DNA of 64,000 bases. It comes from Zygnema circumcarinatum SAG 698-1b. Taxonomy: Eukaryota; Plantae; Zygnematophyceae. Below, piece after piece: positions 27,101-38,967 of the stretch (positions are counted from its first letter, which is position 1; each line of letters opens with the position of its first letter). Location: the NCBI GenBank assembly GCA_037447605.1, contig CM074811.1, positions 930,001 to 994,000 on the forward strand, in the 5' to 3' direction. The position numbers and the translations under genes are program-made. The notes beneath the pieces were generated by a model. It was not told the origin of the DNA. It did not search any database and saw nothing but the letters and a program-made list of their open reading frames with translations.

Positions 27101-27327
27101 CTCCTCCTCCCTCTCCCTCCGTCCTCTCGCCTACCTCACCCTCCCTCCCACCTGCCTCTCCCTCCCTCCCTCCCCATCCCTCCCCTCCCTCCCTCCCTCC
27201 CTCCCTCCCCCTCCCCCTCCCCCCCAACCTCCCTCCCTCCCTCACCTGGCGGCAGTTCCCAGTACGCGAGAGGTGGCGCTGCCTCGTGCTGCTGCCACGT
27301 GTCCCCCACCTCCGCCCTTCCCGCCAT
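23707..27327 (-). CDS. XRI1: XRI1-like protein (X-ray induced 1 family), multi-exon
   Basis: Last exon 23707-24002 reads GSPRSHIVYPFLSVRQD..SLQEALQTINSHI..KERTKIPTGGDGAIIILKS*, matching the XRI1 C-terminal motifs (I.YPF..; L..IN..I; K.KI.T.GG.G.I.I.++). Upstream exons are traceable with consistent phases from ATG 27327 (MAGRAEVGDTWQQ; SWDAALEGLEDHFL; LPPAKRQRRLW; TTPPIIRKRPK). Internal exons are less certain. Confidence 0.75.
24006..24157. repeat. (ATC)n/(GAT)n microsatellite, about 50 units, in the last XRI1 intron
   Basis: Direct reading. It produces the spurious poly-D, poly-I, poly-S and poly-M ORFs. Confidence 0.95.
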
Positions 27328-27413
27328 CTTCGTCCCCCTCCGCCGCTCTCCACCTCCGCCCCCTCCAAAGCGCGCAATTTTAAGTTGGCCCAAAAGGGGA
27401 CCAATCACGAATC

Positions 27414-27464
27414 GCCACGTGGCAGAAACATTTTGGCAAAAAAATGGTTCCCTGGCCACGTGGC
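27414..27464. promoter_or_regulatory. Two perfect palindromic G-boxes GCCACGTGGC plus an adjacent CCAAT, upstream of the XRI1-like gene
   Basis: GCCACGTGGC at 27414-27423 and 27455-27464, about 90-140 nt upstream of the ATG. G-boxes are established bZIP/bHLH sites. Function here is inferred. Confidence 0.55.
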
Positions 27465-28886
27465 AATATGTTTGTATACGTACGGACAAAACGACGCATA
27501 TGCTTCTGTACGAATAGTACGGACGATGGGCAGAGTACGGGCATATGGTCGAGGTTGTCGGTGTGGTTTGGCCTTTCGGAAGCATCGGACGGCCAGATCT
27601 GATTCCGAGGAACACGTACAGCCGTTGGATTCTATCCCAAGTGTGCATAAGCGCTTTGATTGGCCCCAGGCAAGGCGGCGGCTATCGTGCTGGAGGCTGA
27701 ACGGTCAGAGCAGGAAAAAGGTTTTAGGAAACAACATTCAAAAATTTATCCGTTCGGTAAATAAGAGGAAAGGTTTTTGGGCCGAAATAGGGCTCTGTGA
27801 TTGGTGGAGGCGTTTTTGGGCAGTCAGAAAAAGGTTTTCGTGGCCCGCTGAGGAAAGTTTTCGGATGGTTCGATCCAAACGAGGTTCCCGGCTTCGGCCA
27901 AAGGCTGGTATTGAAAATGCCGACGTGGCGCAGGACGACACGTGTCAAGCGGATTGACCGACGTTGACGGACGTACAGGTCCGCTTCCGCCGAAGCCGGC
28001 CGTTCACAAATACGACAAAAAAAACTCCAGTAAAAAAGTAAACAATCTACCGAATGAATGCGACGGTTTTGCCTCCGATTCAAGGTCAAGAAGGGAGTTC
28101 GAATGCGAGTAAAGTTGTTGATCCGCCGAGGCAAACTGAACTGCAGAGTTGACTTTTGTTGATCCCATTTGGGGCAAATCAACAATCTTAAGGACATCAA
28201 TGCCAGTCAACATTCTCCCTTCCCAAGATGTTTAAGAAAAGAAAGCAAATCCCCAAATGCCATTGTCCTTCGATAGTGTTTCAAAATTCAGTGGTGTTGT
28301 TCATATTTGTACACTGGATTTAAGATCAATTGTGAGATCAATTGTGAGATCGCCACTGCGAGATCAACGCCCGTCTCCGCGTCGACTCCAAGTTTACAAT
28401 TGCAGGGCCTTTCATCCATTATTGGGTGCAGTGCCTCAACTTAATAAGGAGGACTGCAGTAGAATTATTACATAAGGATCGTCTCTCCCTAATTTGACTG
28501 GAAACCGCAAATAGCCAGAAGTCTATAACCCTGGAAACCTCGCCTGTTGAATAACTTCACTTGAATGAATACTGCAGAGGAGTGACAGCAACTTTTAAAG
28601 ATAAACCCCCAACTGGTCGTACCAAAGCCCAAAGCCCTAAGCCCGTACGAAAGTGTTCCCCGATCTAGACCCCTAAAAGTCCCTCATAGCAGCTTTGCAT
28701 ACTACCTCCTACTCGACTTCAAGAACAATCTATTTCCCAGGCCATGTATATTTGAGTTGAATGTGACCCTATAAGATTACAGACCTCAAATGCAGCTGCT
28801 AACTCACTGTTACAAATTTCACCCTCCGATTCGCCAATTTTATCGCAACATTACATAGCTTTGCCAGTTTTACGGACACATGGAAC

Positions 28887-31800
28887 TTACAACAAGGTCT
28901 CCTCGAGTGCTCCCTTCTTATTCATGTCCACACGTGTGGCATACGACGTGGCAGTAATGGCACATTCAATTATTCCAGAACATTCTGCTGGAGGAAGGAT
29001 CACTTGGAAGCCGGGCTCCCCGCTCAAGCCACCATCTACAGTAAGTGTGGTAACACAAAAAGGAGAAAAACAAGAAAGAAGTGAGGGGAAGGCGATAAAG
29101 TGGAGGTGGGTTTGCTGAGTGGAGGTGCAGCACTATTGTGGCACAGAACTGATGTGGCACGGAACTGCAGTCCCATGCAACGGCTTACCCTACTCATGGA
29201 TCGCAGCCTAAGATTTCTTTCTACCTTAGGCGCATCGATGGGGAAAAGAGAGGTCGAAGAGAGGTGGATGCGAGGCAGACGGTGATGGGGGTTGAGGATG
29301 AGTGTTGATGGAAAGTGAGGGGGGCGGAAGGGGGAAGGGCAGAGCATCTGAGTTTTTGCAGTAACATTCAAAATGAAAATGGAGAAAGGACGAAAGAGGG
29401 GAGGGGAAAAAGCAAAAGGGGGAGATCTCCCACTCCCACTTACCAGCAGAGCAGGAGGGTGTTGAAAGCACCGAGTCCCTATGCGGTGAAAGGAGAACCG
29501 AGGGAGTCTGACATGCCCGCATTGTCTTGCAGTGCTCCGCCTCGTCCTCTCGAATTGCGCAGAAGACATCAAACAGGTTCCCTGCACCCCCAGTTACAGT
29601 TTCCGTCAAAGGCGAGGCATTGGAAAACCAGGGTGGAAATCCATGCAATTGACCTCGACAGGTACATCTGATACACTACTCCTTTAGGTTCTATGTTTTG
29701 TGACTCAATTTCGTAGTCTGTGACAATATCATGCCTGGTTCAGTGTTCGAAGGGGGAAACTACTCACTTATCTCAGGTCGTCGAATGCCGACACTGCCGG
29801 AGGTTTGGAACTCGTCTGCAAAAATCAGCGTAAACCATTTGACTATTAAATAATGCCGAAGGAAGCAATTTTCACTACATCTCCGCCCTCCCTCTTTCCA
29901 TATCTGCACACCTCCTCAGGTTTCAAAGATCGGTAGCCATTGCGGCCATGGCATGACTATTTCAAAACTTTGGATGCATTCACGCACTGTTCTATAGTCC
30001 TGGGTTCATGAAGGATGCCTTTCTGATATGGATAAACAAACTATCGAGTCAGCCATGGGGGCCAATGCCGCAAACGTAAAGAGAGAGCGGAAACCTACCG
30101 AACATGTACAAGTCTCCTTGCGTGTAGTACCGCACAGCTACCTCGGGTGGCGGAAGTTTTTTCAGCTCCTCTGCAGGGAAACGCCGTTTTCCAAACCTCT
30201 CAGCGATGCATAGCTCAAAGCTATTAACTTCTTTCCCACCACCCCCAACACTAACAAGCGCCCCAATAACACGCTTCGCCCGCTTAAAATATCGCCAAGT
30301 AACTCTCCAACTCGCCCACACTCGACAGCAGGACTTCTACTGCTCAGTAATAGGGGTTGCCAGTTCAACCATCTCATTAAAACCATAGTCATTACTAATT
30401 TCTAGCTATCACCGGTTAAAGAGTTTTTGAGTAGGAACAGAAGGACTCTTCTTTAAACAAAAAATGAACGAAAGGCTGCTCTAGTTCGAAGAGAGCTGCC
30501 AGTAGCCCTTTGATACGCCTCTGGAAAAAGGAGTAAGAATAGCTCAATCAGAACAAACTGAGGATCCCTACTTTTGGCCTCTGCAATCTAGATGCCCTCT
30601 CCCTGCAGTCAAGCCAGAAACCCACCTCCATGTTTCTGCACAAACTTGTTGTAAGTGTCGTACGCATGACCTTCGACACATTCAGAAAAGTGATCTGTGG
30701 AAAAATCCCTCTTAACGGCTGTCAGCAATAACACAGTCTCGCACTAGCGCGCATGAGACGGATGGAAACTGGCGAAAGGAGATGAGAGAGATAGACATAA
30801 AATAGGAGAGCGACGAAGAAAAATGGAAGAGCAGAGAGCACTGTGACTAGAGGAAATAGGAGAGGGAGGTTCAAGAGGTTAAGTGCCCTTGCGTCCCGGT
30901 ACTTACATGCCATTCGAGGACTCAAAGTATACATGACCGCTGTGACAAAGAAATAGGCCACTGCTATATGTTGTGCCAAAAAACGGTCACCCCAGTAGCG
31001 GTCTCCACCCAAGGCCTGCATATTGCCCACATGTAGATCCCCCGTTAAGCGTAAGGATAGCAGACACACGCACTTCAAAGCTTTGAAGGAGGCCCTCCTC
31101 CGTAGTCCATTTCAAGTATTCTGCTCCGCATACTTCAAATAGCGCAGTTTTCCTCACTCAAGCCATCAAAGGACCTGTAAGGGGAGACTTCCTTGCCTCC
31201 ATGATGAGAAGGTGATGCAGCTCATTCCAACTCTCTGCAAAGTGGACCTTCAAGTAGTCGGCTCGACGCCACCAGCCAAACGTTTCGTACATGTGTAGCA
31301 CAGAGGTGAAGGCTGACCTCAACCCAATGGACAAACACACAAGATTAAGGTTTAACACACAAGATTAAGATTAAGGTTAAGATTAAGGTTGCCTTCTTTG
31401 GGCCCAGCGATCAGCCAATCATTTGCCTTGTGTAGATAAAGCAGCAGACAAAGGGGTCAAAATTACCAAAGTAAGGCACTCTGGCTATTGTCTCCAGCAC
31501 GTAAAAGCGAGCGTAAGGCCGTTCCTTGTAGAATGTGTCCAGTACAAAGATGACAGAATTCTGTTGTCCTATCACTCCAGACAAGGAATTCAGTCAGTCC
31601 TGCTTGAAGCGAACATAAATTAAGACATTTTAAGAGCGCAAGCTTGAAAAGGGGGAAACGGTGGTTAAGTCATGTGTGTTTGAGGACAAAAACAAGGACA
31701 AAGTAACGGTTTGGGTTCCATCGCATTAGCGTGAGTGTTCGTACCGTACAGAACTCGTTGAAGCCCCTCTCCGCTTGGATCAGTGACCGTTGCAGCTTCC

Positions 31801-32425
31801 CCTCGGGGAGGGTGTTAGGTGGTAGTGAGAACCCGATGCCATCCGTCTCTCCCGCCATTGTTGCCGTCACAGCAACTCTCCTTCTGCCGCATACATGACA
31901 GCATGAGCCTTCATCAATGTAACATCACAAGGAGTTACAAAGGAGACTGCTCTGATTCCACCTTTCTAGCATGGTCCTGGGCATTTCATGCATGCCTCCA
32001 TCTTCTAACTGCAAAGCCAAAAAGAAGCTCAAAGAATTTTTTCTGGACACATCTCACTGTTTCGAGAAATCCTTCACAGGCCCGCACCTATGACATCGAT
32101 TAACCCATATATAAGACGCCTCCAAGTAAAGTAAGATCGAAGTAGTAAAATCTGATAAGTCTAGATCCAAGGTCCGGTCACCTCACCTTTGTTCCTTCAC
32201 AACCTTCTTCCTCAGCTTGCAGCCTGTTCTACGATAGTCGCCGGAGCCTCCCAAAGCGAGCACCAGATTATTCTCAGTCTTTACCAATTTCATATGTCCA
32301 ACTGATGACTCGGAGCCCCGGACAGCGCGGCCACTGCACTGAGGTCCATGGACGACATGAACTCCCAGACTTGAAAATGCTTTTTCCTTGACTTGGGGGA
32401 AATGTGGCACTACTGCTGAAGCCAT
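28887..32425 (-). CDS. PTOX: Plastid terminal oxidase (IMMUTANS/AOX4), multi-exon
   Basis: [16 protein letters not shown]|[39 protein letters not shown]|[23 protein letters not shown]|[15 protein letters not shown]; [19 protein letters not shown]; [24 protein letters not shown]; last exon 28887-28987 [13 protein letters not shown]. Transit-peptide-like first exon from ATG 32425. Confidence 0.95.
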
Positions 32426-34019
32426 ATGATGTTCGATTCTTCCAATAAATAGCTTTCAAGTTCTGCAGCAGGAGATGCAAGAAAGTGGGTGGAATTGGAA
32501 GAAATGATGTCAGCAAACAATGATAAGGCGTTGAAAGAAGATTGCATATGAATGGAAAGACAAAAGTTTGTCTCCCTTCAGCCTGCCGTCAATTACAAAT
32601 AAAGAAGGATTTTCTTTGGGTTTTGCCTTTAAAGCCTTGCAGAGATTTAGTGTAGTTTAGATGAAAGCAAAGAGCATTTCCTTTAACCAATGCGTTTTGC
32701 CTTATAAGATGGTGTCTGAGATCCTTGATCCTTATTGCTTTCGATTACTTCTGACACTGCTCTCACTACCCTAGAAGCTGTTAGGAAAATCTCTTCATTT
32801 AAGCATATGAGGAAAATTGAGATTCGTAAACCTAAAAACGTTAAGCAAAAAATAATAAAATTTCTCGAATCTCAACTTAAACAATCCAAAATTCTTCCGC
32901 TAAGTTACATCCCTGCTTCACTTCCAGATCACTGTGATAGATCATGCAAGACAATCTAGTGTCGACACATAACATACATACGTCTATACACATATTACAC
33001 GTAATACCTCCATCATGCATACGTGCACGAGCTCCTCTGAAGACAGGACGACAGGGAGACTCCTAAAACTCCTCTAAACAGACCAGAAGCTTTCATCAAT
33101 GCACCACCAATCAAACGCCTCCATTCAGCCACTTCCTTCCTCGCACCAAACATCTCTACCTCTCTTCCTACTCTTCATGCCCAAACTGCCATGCTCACCG
33201 AATCGTGTAAACAGCCAACACAATGCCAAGAACTCAGAACCCTCCTCCTTAGGTCAGGAAATTCCTTCTCCTTCTCCTCCTCCTTCGGATCAAGCAGCAG
33301 GTCGTGCAGGAGAGCACCGGCGAATGCACTGCTCCTGTTCAGCAAGTGCAGCAAAACCACCATGTCAGCAACGGACAGTCCAGGTAGGCCAATCGAAATT
33401 CGCCACGTATGTACTCGTCTATACGTGGCGCATTTCCATTGGTGGAACCTCCGAGGATCTGGTTAAGGGAGGAGAGGCCCAGCGGAAAGCCAGAGGCGCT
33501 TTTTGGCTCAAAATATCCCACAAGGATGCCCCGCGCGTGCGGGAGAGGCCGCCTATTGGCGGAGGGGTCCTCCAGGCCACGTCGCGCTTTTTGAACGCTA
33601 AACTGGCGACACATGTGGAGGTGACACTCAGGGAAAGTGGCACCGACGGTGACGGAACGTGACGTACGGAAAGGCTCCCTTCAGATTCACGCGATGGTCA
33701 AAGTTTAACCCAAGTTCAACAGAGTGGATCCTGGATCAACAGCCACTTTAAGGACTACGGTACAGTGATCAACGGATGGTTTTAAATCCGCGAAAGTTGA
33801 TCTGATTCCATGGCAAAGCTATGGCATCCTCTTCCCCCCCCTCGGCCATGGCTGCCGATCAATGCTTCTTTAGGGTTTTACTAAAACTCTGACCCTGAAC
33901 TCGCCTTATTTGTTCACTGCAAACGTTAATTACACTTTATATGAATTCCTGAACCCTAATATTTCAAAAAGCAGGGCATGGTTTTGTAGCGGAGGAGAAG
34001 GAAAGGGTACAGAGAAGCC

Positions 34020-36953
34020 ATGGCTGGCGCAGCAGAAGCAGAAGCAGTGGAGGACCTCTCTCTCAGCGATCCTGAAGATGACGACCTTGTCGCTGCAGCT
34101 GACGTTCGGGCCCCTCCCGCCATGGCCTCCTCTCTCCTCAAGACGCATGCTCCCCTCCCTCCTCCTCCTGCTCCAGCTGCTGCTGCTCCCCTCCAACATC
34201 CCCATGGCGCCTCCAATGGTCCTGCAGCCGTAGTGGGAGGGGGAGTGGAGGGAGATGAAGAGTTGGAGGACGGGACAGGAGTGGGGGAGCGGGAGGAAGA
34301 GATGGGACAGAGTGTGGAGGCCCTGCGGAGGGAGGTAGCGGCGGAGCGAGCGGCGAGACAGGAGGCAGAGAAAGCCCGCGTTGCGAGTGATGAAGTTAGG
34401 GTTGCAGCATTTGCACGCTTCAAGAGCCTCGCGCAGGAAGCGGTAAAGCAGAGAGATGAGGCGATTCGGCAGAGAGACGAGGCTCAGAGTATTGTGGAGG
34501 GGCTGCGACAAGAGAAAGAGGAAGCAATTAGAGTTAGAGATGCAGCCAGGGCGGAGATGGAGCAGGCAACTGCAGTGCTGAGTGCAGAGGCCGATCGTCT
34601 GATTGCGCGAGTGAGTGCTGCGGGAGGAGGAGAGAGGGTGAAGCAGGAAAGGAGAGGTGCGGTTACAGGGCTGGCCGCCATAGTTCAGGTGGTGAAGAAG
34701 AGGTTAGAGGGAGCAGTGGATGAAGTGATAAGGCAGCGCGATGTTGCGCGGGAGGAAGCGGAGCAGCGGAATTTGGAGAGCGCTATTGAGCTTTCGCAGC
34801 TGGAATCGGCGGTTACTGCTTTTAAGGAGGAGAGCAGGAAGAAGGGAGAGGAAATAGATAGGTGGAAGGGAATCGTGGCTGTAAAGGATGAGAGGTTGGG
34901 GGAGGTGATGAGACAGATGGGAGAAGTGGAGGCGAGAGCGAGGAGGGGGGAGGAGATGGCAGGGGAAGAGAGGAGACGCGCAGAGGAAGCGGAAGCGATG
35001 GCGAGAAGTTTGGATGGGGAGTTAAGGAAGGTCAAAGCGGGAGGAGAGGAGTATAGAAGGGCGGGAGAGGAGGCGAGGCAGAGGGTGAGAGAGATGAGTC
35101 ACGTGATGATGGAGCTGCAGAGCAAAATGGCGGCCTTGGAAAGCTCCCGGAAGAAGGTGGAAGACGACGTGAAGCGGGAGAGAGAGGGGAGGGAGGGAGT
35201 GGAGAGGGAGAAGGAGCTTGTGCAAGACGAGGAACGCCGAATGGTGGAGCGGTTAGATGACATTGTGCAGCAGTGGAGAGAGTCAAAGAAGGAATGGGAA
35301 AGAGAGAGAAAGGGTCTTACAGAGCAGGCTGAACAACTTACCTCTGTGAGAGAGCAGCTTTCGCAGGAGCTGTCGAGGGTGAAAGACGAGTATGAGGAGG
35401 CACAGGCAAACCTCAGTCGCTTACAAAAGCAAATGACGGCCAAAGAAGAAGATGTCCTTCACTTAGAAGGCAAACTTCGTGATCTGCAGTCTGGAGAGCA
35501 CACTAAGAAGGCAGAAAGTGATGTAGAGGAGGCAAAATCGGCTGTGAAGGAAGCCATGAATCTTGTGAACATAGCGGAAAATGCAAAGCAGGAGGCTGAG
35601 AGGTTTCGGCGGCATTCAGAGGAGGCAGCGATTCAGGAGCAGCAACTTCGGAAGGCAGCAGAACGGGCTCGGGAGATGGCAATGGCTCAGGTGAGGCACA
35701 TGTCGTACTGATGTATAGCTTGATTTTGTTGAAAAGTTAATTTAGTCGGCTCATAGTTGATTGGAATCGCATGCCATCCTCTCCTAGTATCCATGCACTA
35801 GTTTTTTTCTGTTAGCAACTAGTCGGGGTAACTTGAAACAGTTGAGTCGGCTGTTTCGCAACAATTCTCGCCTCAATGGTCACTATTCCTAACATCTACT
35901 TCTCCTAAAATCGTTCTAGAAACGAACCCAAGACTTCCCCTCCCCCCCCCCCCCACAATGCTCACAAAAACTCTACAATCCCATGAACCCATAAAGCACT
36001 CTGAAGGCCTGTATCTCCAAGAACCCTAAACTTATAAGCATTGCGTCTGGCCAGGCGGGTGCTAGTGAGGCTGAGGTCGAAGCTGCGAGAATGCGTCTCT
36101 TGGAGGTGGAGAGGGATCTGCGTTCCGCGCGGTGGGTGGTGCTCGCTGCCTAGGGACTGCTGCCAGGCTTGTTCAGGGAAGAAGAAGAAGAGGAAGATGA
36201 AGAAAAAGAAGAAGAAGAAGAAGAAAAAAAAAAAGAAGAAGAAGAAAAAGAAGAAGAGGAAGAAGAAGAAGAATAAGAAGAGAAGGAAGAAGTGGAAGAA
36301 GAGGAAGAAGAGGAAGAAGTAGAGGACGAAGAGGAAGAGGCAGTAGAAGGAGAAGAAGAAGAAAAAGGAGGGCCAATGAATGGGCGCCAGCTGTCCTTTT
36401 GGCGGGCGATCCCCCAGTGGTTCTCGCAAGGCAGCAAGCGACGGAAAGAGAAGGTCGCGGCCTCTTTCTTTCTTGCGGAGCCGCGCCCTCTGGAAGGGGG
36501 CTTTCAGGGGAGGGGCGGAGTACGTGGGTTTAGGGTTTAGCGTGCAGGCGAACAGAAGCGGAAGTGGCATGGGAAAAGAAATGAATGGTTGGGGTTGTTT
36601 TGAAGACGGAGAATGATTTTTTTTTATTTGGTTTTCTTCTTACCTCGGACAGAGTGTTTTGGAGTTGGATCAGCGGAAGATTGTTGATGCTTAATGTGCA
36701 TTGCTTTGGAAATATCTGAAGCACCTTGCAAATTGATAGTGTTTGAATGTCTCAAGGATATACGGGAGGGTTTGGTGAGACGTTGTGAGAGGGAGTATTG
36801 AGAGGGAGGCTTGGTGGAACGCAGGAGGGAGATGGATGACCTTCACAGTACAGTGCGCGCCCTGCAGAAGTCGGTTGCGGATGAGCAGGCAGCTGGCCAG
36901 GAGATGCGCGCTAGGGAGGCGGTGGCCCTGCAGGAGGTTTGAACTCTCCCCCG

Positions 36954-36999
<46 letters not shown>

Positions 37000-37309
37000 T
37001 CTCTTTCTCCCTCTCGCTCTCCCCCTCGTTCTCTCTCCCTCCACCTCTCTCTCACGCGGCGTTCTCTCTCTTCCCCTCTCTCCCCCCTCCCCCTCTCTCT
37101 CTCTCTCCCACTCTCAGTGGATAACATCCTGGGAATGGACGTGGCTTGGCAGGTTCACAGGCTGCAGGAGGTGCTTTCCGACATGGAGGAGGAGGCTGCC
37201 CGATGGAGAGCAGCTGCAAGTGAGGAGGCAGCAGCCGGTGCGGCGGTGGTGGAGGAGCTGGAGGCCGCGCAGCTGCAGGTAAGAGAACGGGAGGGAGCTC
37301 TCCCTCTCC

Positions 37310-37350
<41 letters not shown>

Positions 37351-37891
37351 CTCATGGAGGCCTGGAAAAAGGACGGAATAAAAGGACTTTTTCTATCCAC
37401 TCCTCGAAGTTTGAGAAGTATTCGACCTTGGGTGCTAGAAGGTGTTGATTGCAGACAGGAAACTTTTCTGACATTTTGGTCTGGACACGTTGTGGTGGGG
37501 TGCTCAGATGATGGGTCTGCAGAATGAAGCTTCGACATGGAAGAAGGCGGCGGAGGAAGCGTTAGGGCGGATCAAGATGAAGGAGGAAATGGCTATGGCT
37601 GCCATTGCTGCTCGAGATGCGGCAGAGAAGTCTCTGCAAGTGGCAGATAAGAGAGCAGCAGAGCTTCGGCGAAGGTTAGAGGAGATGGCGGTGCAGATGG
37701 AAGAAGGAGAGGGTGGTAGCAGAGGGGAAGGAGATGGGAGAGGCGGGGAGGTGCAGGCAGGATGCTTGGATGCTGCATGGCCATGGCTGTACAGGGCCCG
37801 GCCCTTGTTCAGGATTGCAGGGATGAGTCGGAGCCACGATGGAGTGCAGATATCTGCTGAGATGGAAGAATTGACTCAGCCTCTTATGTAG
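34020..37891 (+). CDS. Long coiled-coil protein, At1g24560/At3g49055-like
   Basis: Exons 34020-35690, 36055-36131, 36849-36936, 37153-37278 and 37523-37891 splice in frame. Conserved blocks DLSLSDPE, FARFKSLAQEAVKQRDE, QRNLESAIELSQLESA, EEEAARWRAAASEEAAAGAAV, AMAAIAARDAAEKSLQVADKRAAELR, WPWL and EMEELTQPLM*. Confidence 0.85.
36178..36365. repeat. (GAA)n-rich microsatellite in an intron of the coiled-coil gene
   Basis: Direct reading. It gives the poly-K, poly-E, poly-F and poly-S ORF artefacts. Confidence 0.9.
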
Positions 37892-38101
37892 GAGTGGAGG
37901 CAAATTTGTAGATAATGATAGCCTTTGTGGCTCTGGCTTTACCGTGATATGTGCCTGCCTGCCTGTCTGCCTGCCTGCCTCCCCCCCTTTCTCTCTTCCT
38001 CCTCCCTCTCTCGTTGTCGCAATGATGTGGCCCTTCCAGTGTGGGATTGAATGAGACGGCTTGGGGATGTAGAGTGTTGAAAAGTCAGAGCTTTTTTTTA
38101 G

Positions 38102-38743
38102 GAGGACTATATACCCCCCCCCCCCCCCCCCCCCCCTTTTTGGTTTTTCCGCCCATGTTTTTTTTTGAAATCCTACCCTCGCATGTTGGCTATTCCGCCC
38201 CTTGTTTTAGGATATCCCCCCCCTACTTTGGATATTCCCCTCCTGTTTTCTCCTTCGCAGACATCAGTGCAACGTCCGTGAAGGCATTCGCAGAGAGAGA
38301 GCATTCTCACACAACAGTGCAACGTCCGTGAAGGCATTCGCAGAGAGAGTTGAGAGAGAGAGAGATAGAGAGAGAAATAGAGAGAGAGAGGAGAGTGAGC
38401 AGAGGAGAGAGAAGAGAGAAAGAGAGAGAGCAGAGGAGTGAGTGGGAGCAAAGGAGAGAGAGACTAGAGGAGAGAGCAAAGGAGAGAGAGAAAGCAGAGG
38501 AGAGAGACAGAGAGAGCAGAGGAGTGAGAGCCGAGGAGAGAGAGTATAGAGGGGAGAGAGAGAGAGAGAGCAGAGGAGAGAGAGACTAGGGGCGAGAGCA
38601 AAGGAGAGAGAATAAGCAGAATCTCCTCCCGAAATAACCAAAATGGGGGGGGGGGGGGGGAAGGGGAATAGCAAAAATGGGAGGGTGGGATTTCAAAAAA
38701 CCAGGGGCGGGATAACCAGAAAAGGGGGCGGTATATAATTCTC
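38102..38743. mobile_element. Non-autonomous long-TIR element (MULE/hAT-like) with target-site duplication
   Basis: About 100-bp imperfect TIRs: left GAGGACTATATACCCCC..TTTGAAATCCTACCCTC..GCTATTCC versus reverse complement of right GAGAATTATATACCGCCCCC..TTTGAAATCCCACCCTC..GCTATTCC. Flanks are TTTTTTTAG and TTTTTTTAT (8-9 bp TSD). The interior is GA-rich with a duplicated AGTGCAACGTCCGTGAAGGCATTCGCAGAGAGA. Confidence 0.75.
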
Positions 38744-38967
38744 TTTTTTTATTATCATCTCTTTGGTTCGACCTTTATATGGGCACCAAATCGAACATAG
38801 TCTTGAATATCGCTTTGAGAATTCTTCAAGCAAGCCGTTGCCGATATTACCGTTCATATCGGTATGAGATATATCGCCAATATCTTCTTCGTATCGCGTA
38901 ACAAGTTTCCTTTTTTAGCCTCCCTCCCTCTCTCCTCCCCTCCATCGCCTGCTCGCTCGCCCTCGCC

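Noticed and set aside
26538-27404. 281-aa Pro/Leu/Ser-rich ORF and antisense Gly/Arg/Glu-rich ORFs (also at 22.3-23.0, 24.5-25.1, 38.2-38.7, 61.7-62.2 kb)
   Set aside because: They are stop-free translations of CT/CCT-rich intronic or repeat sequence with no domain content.
35962-36570. Poly-F, poly-K, poly-E and poly-S ORFs
   Set aside because: These are frames of an intronic (GAA)n tract. Only exon 36055-36131 is supported.
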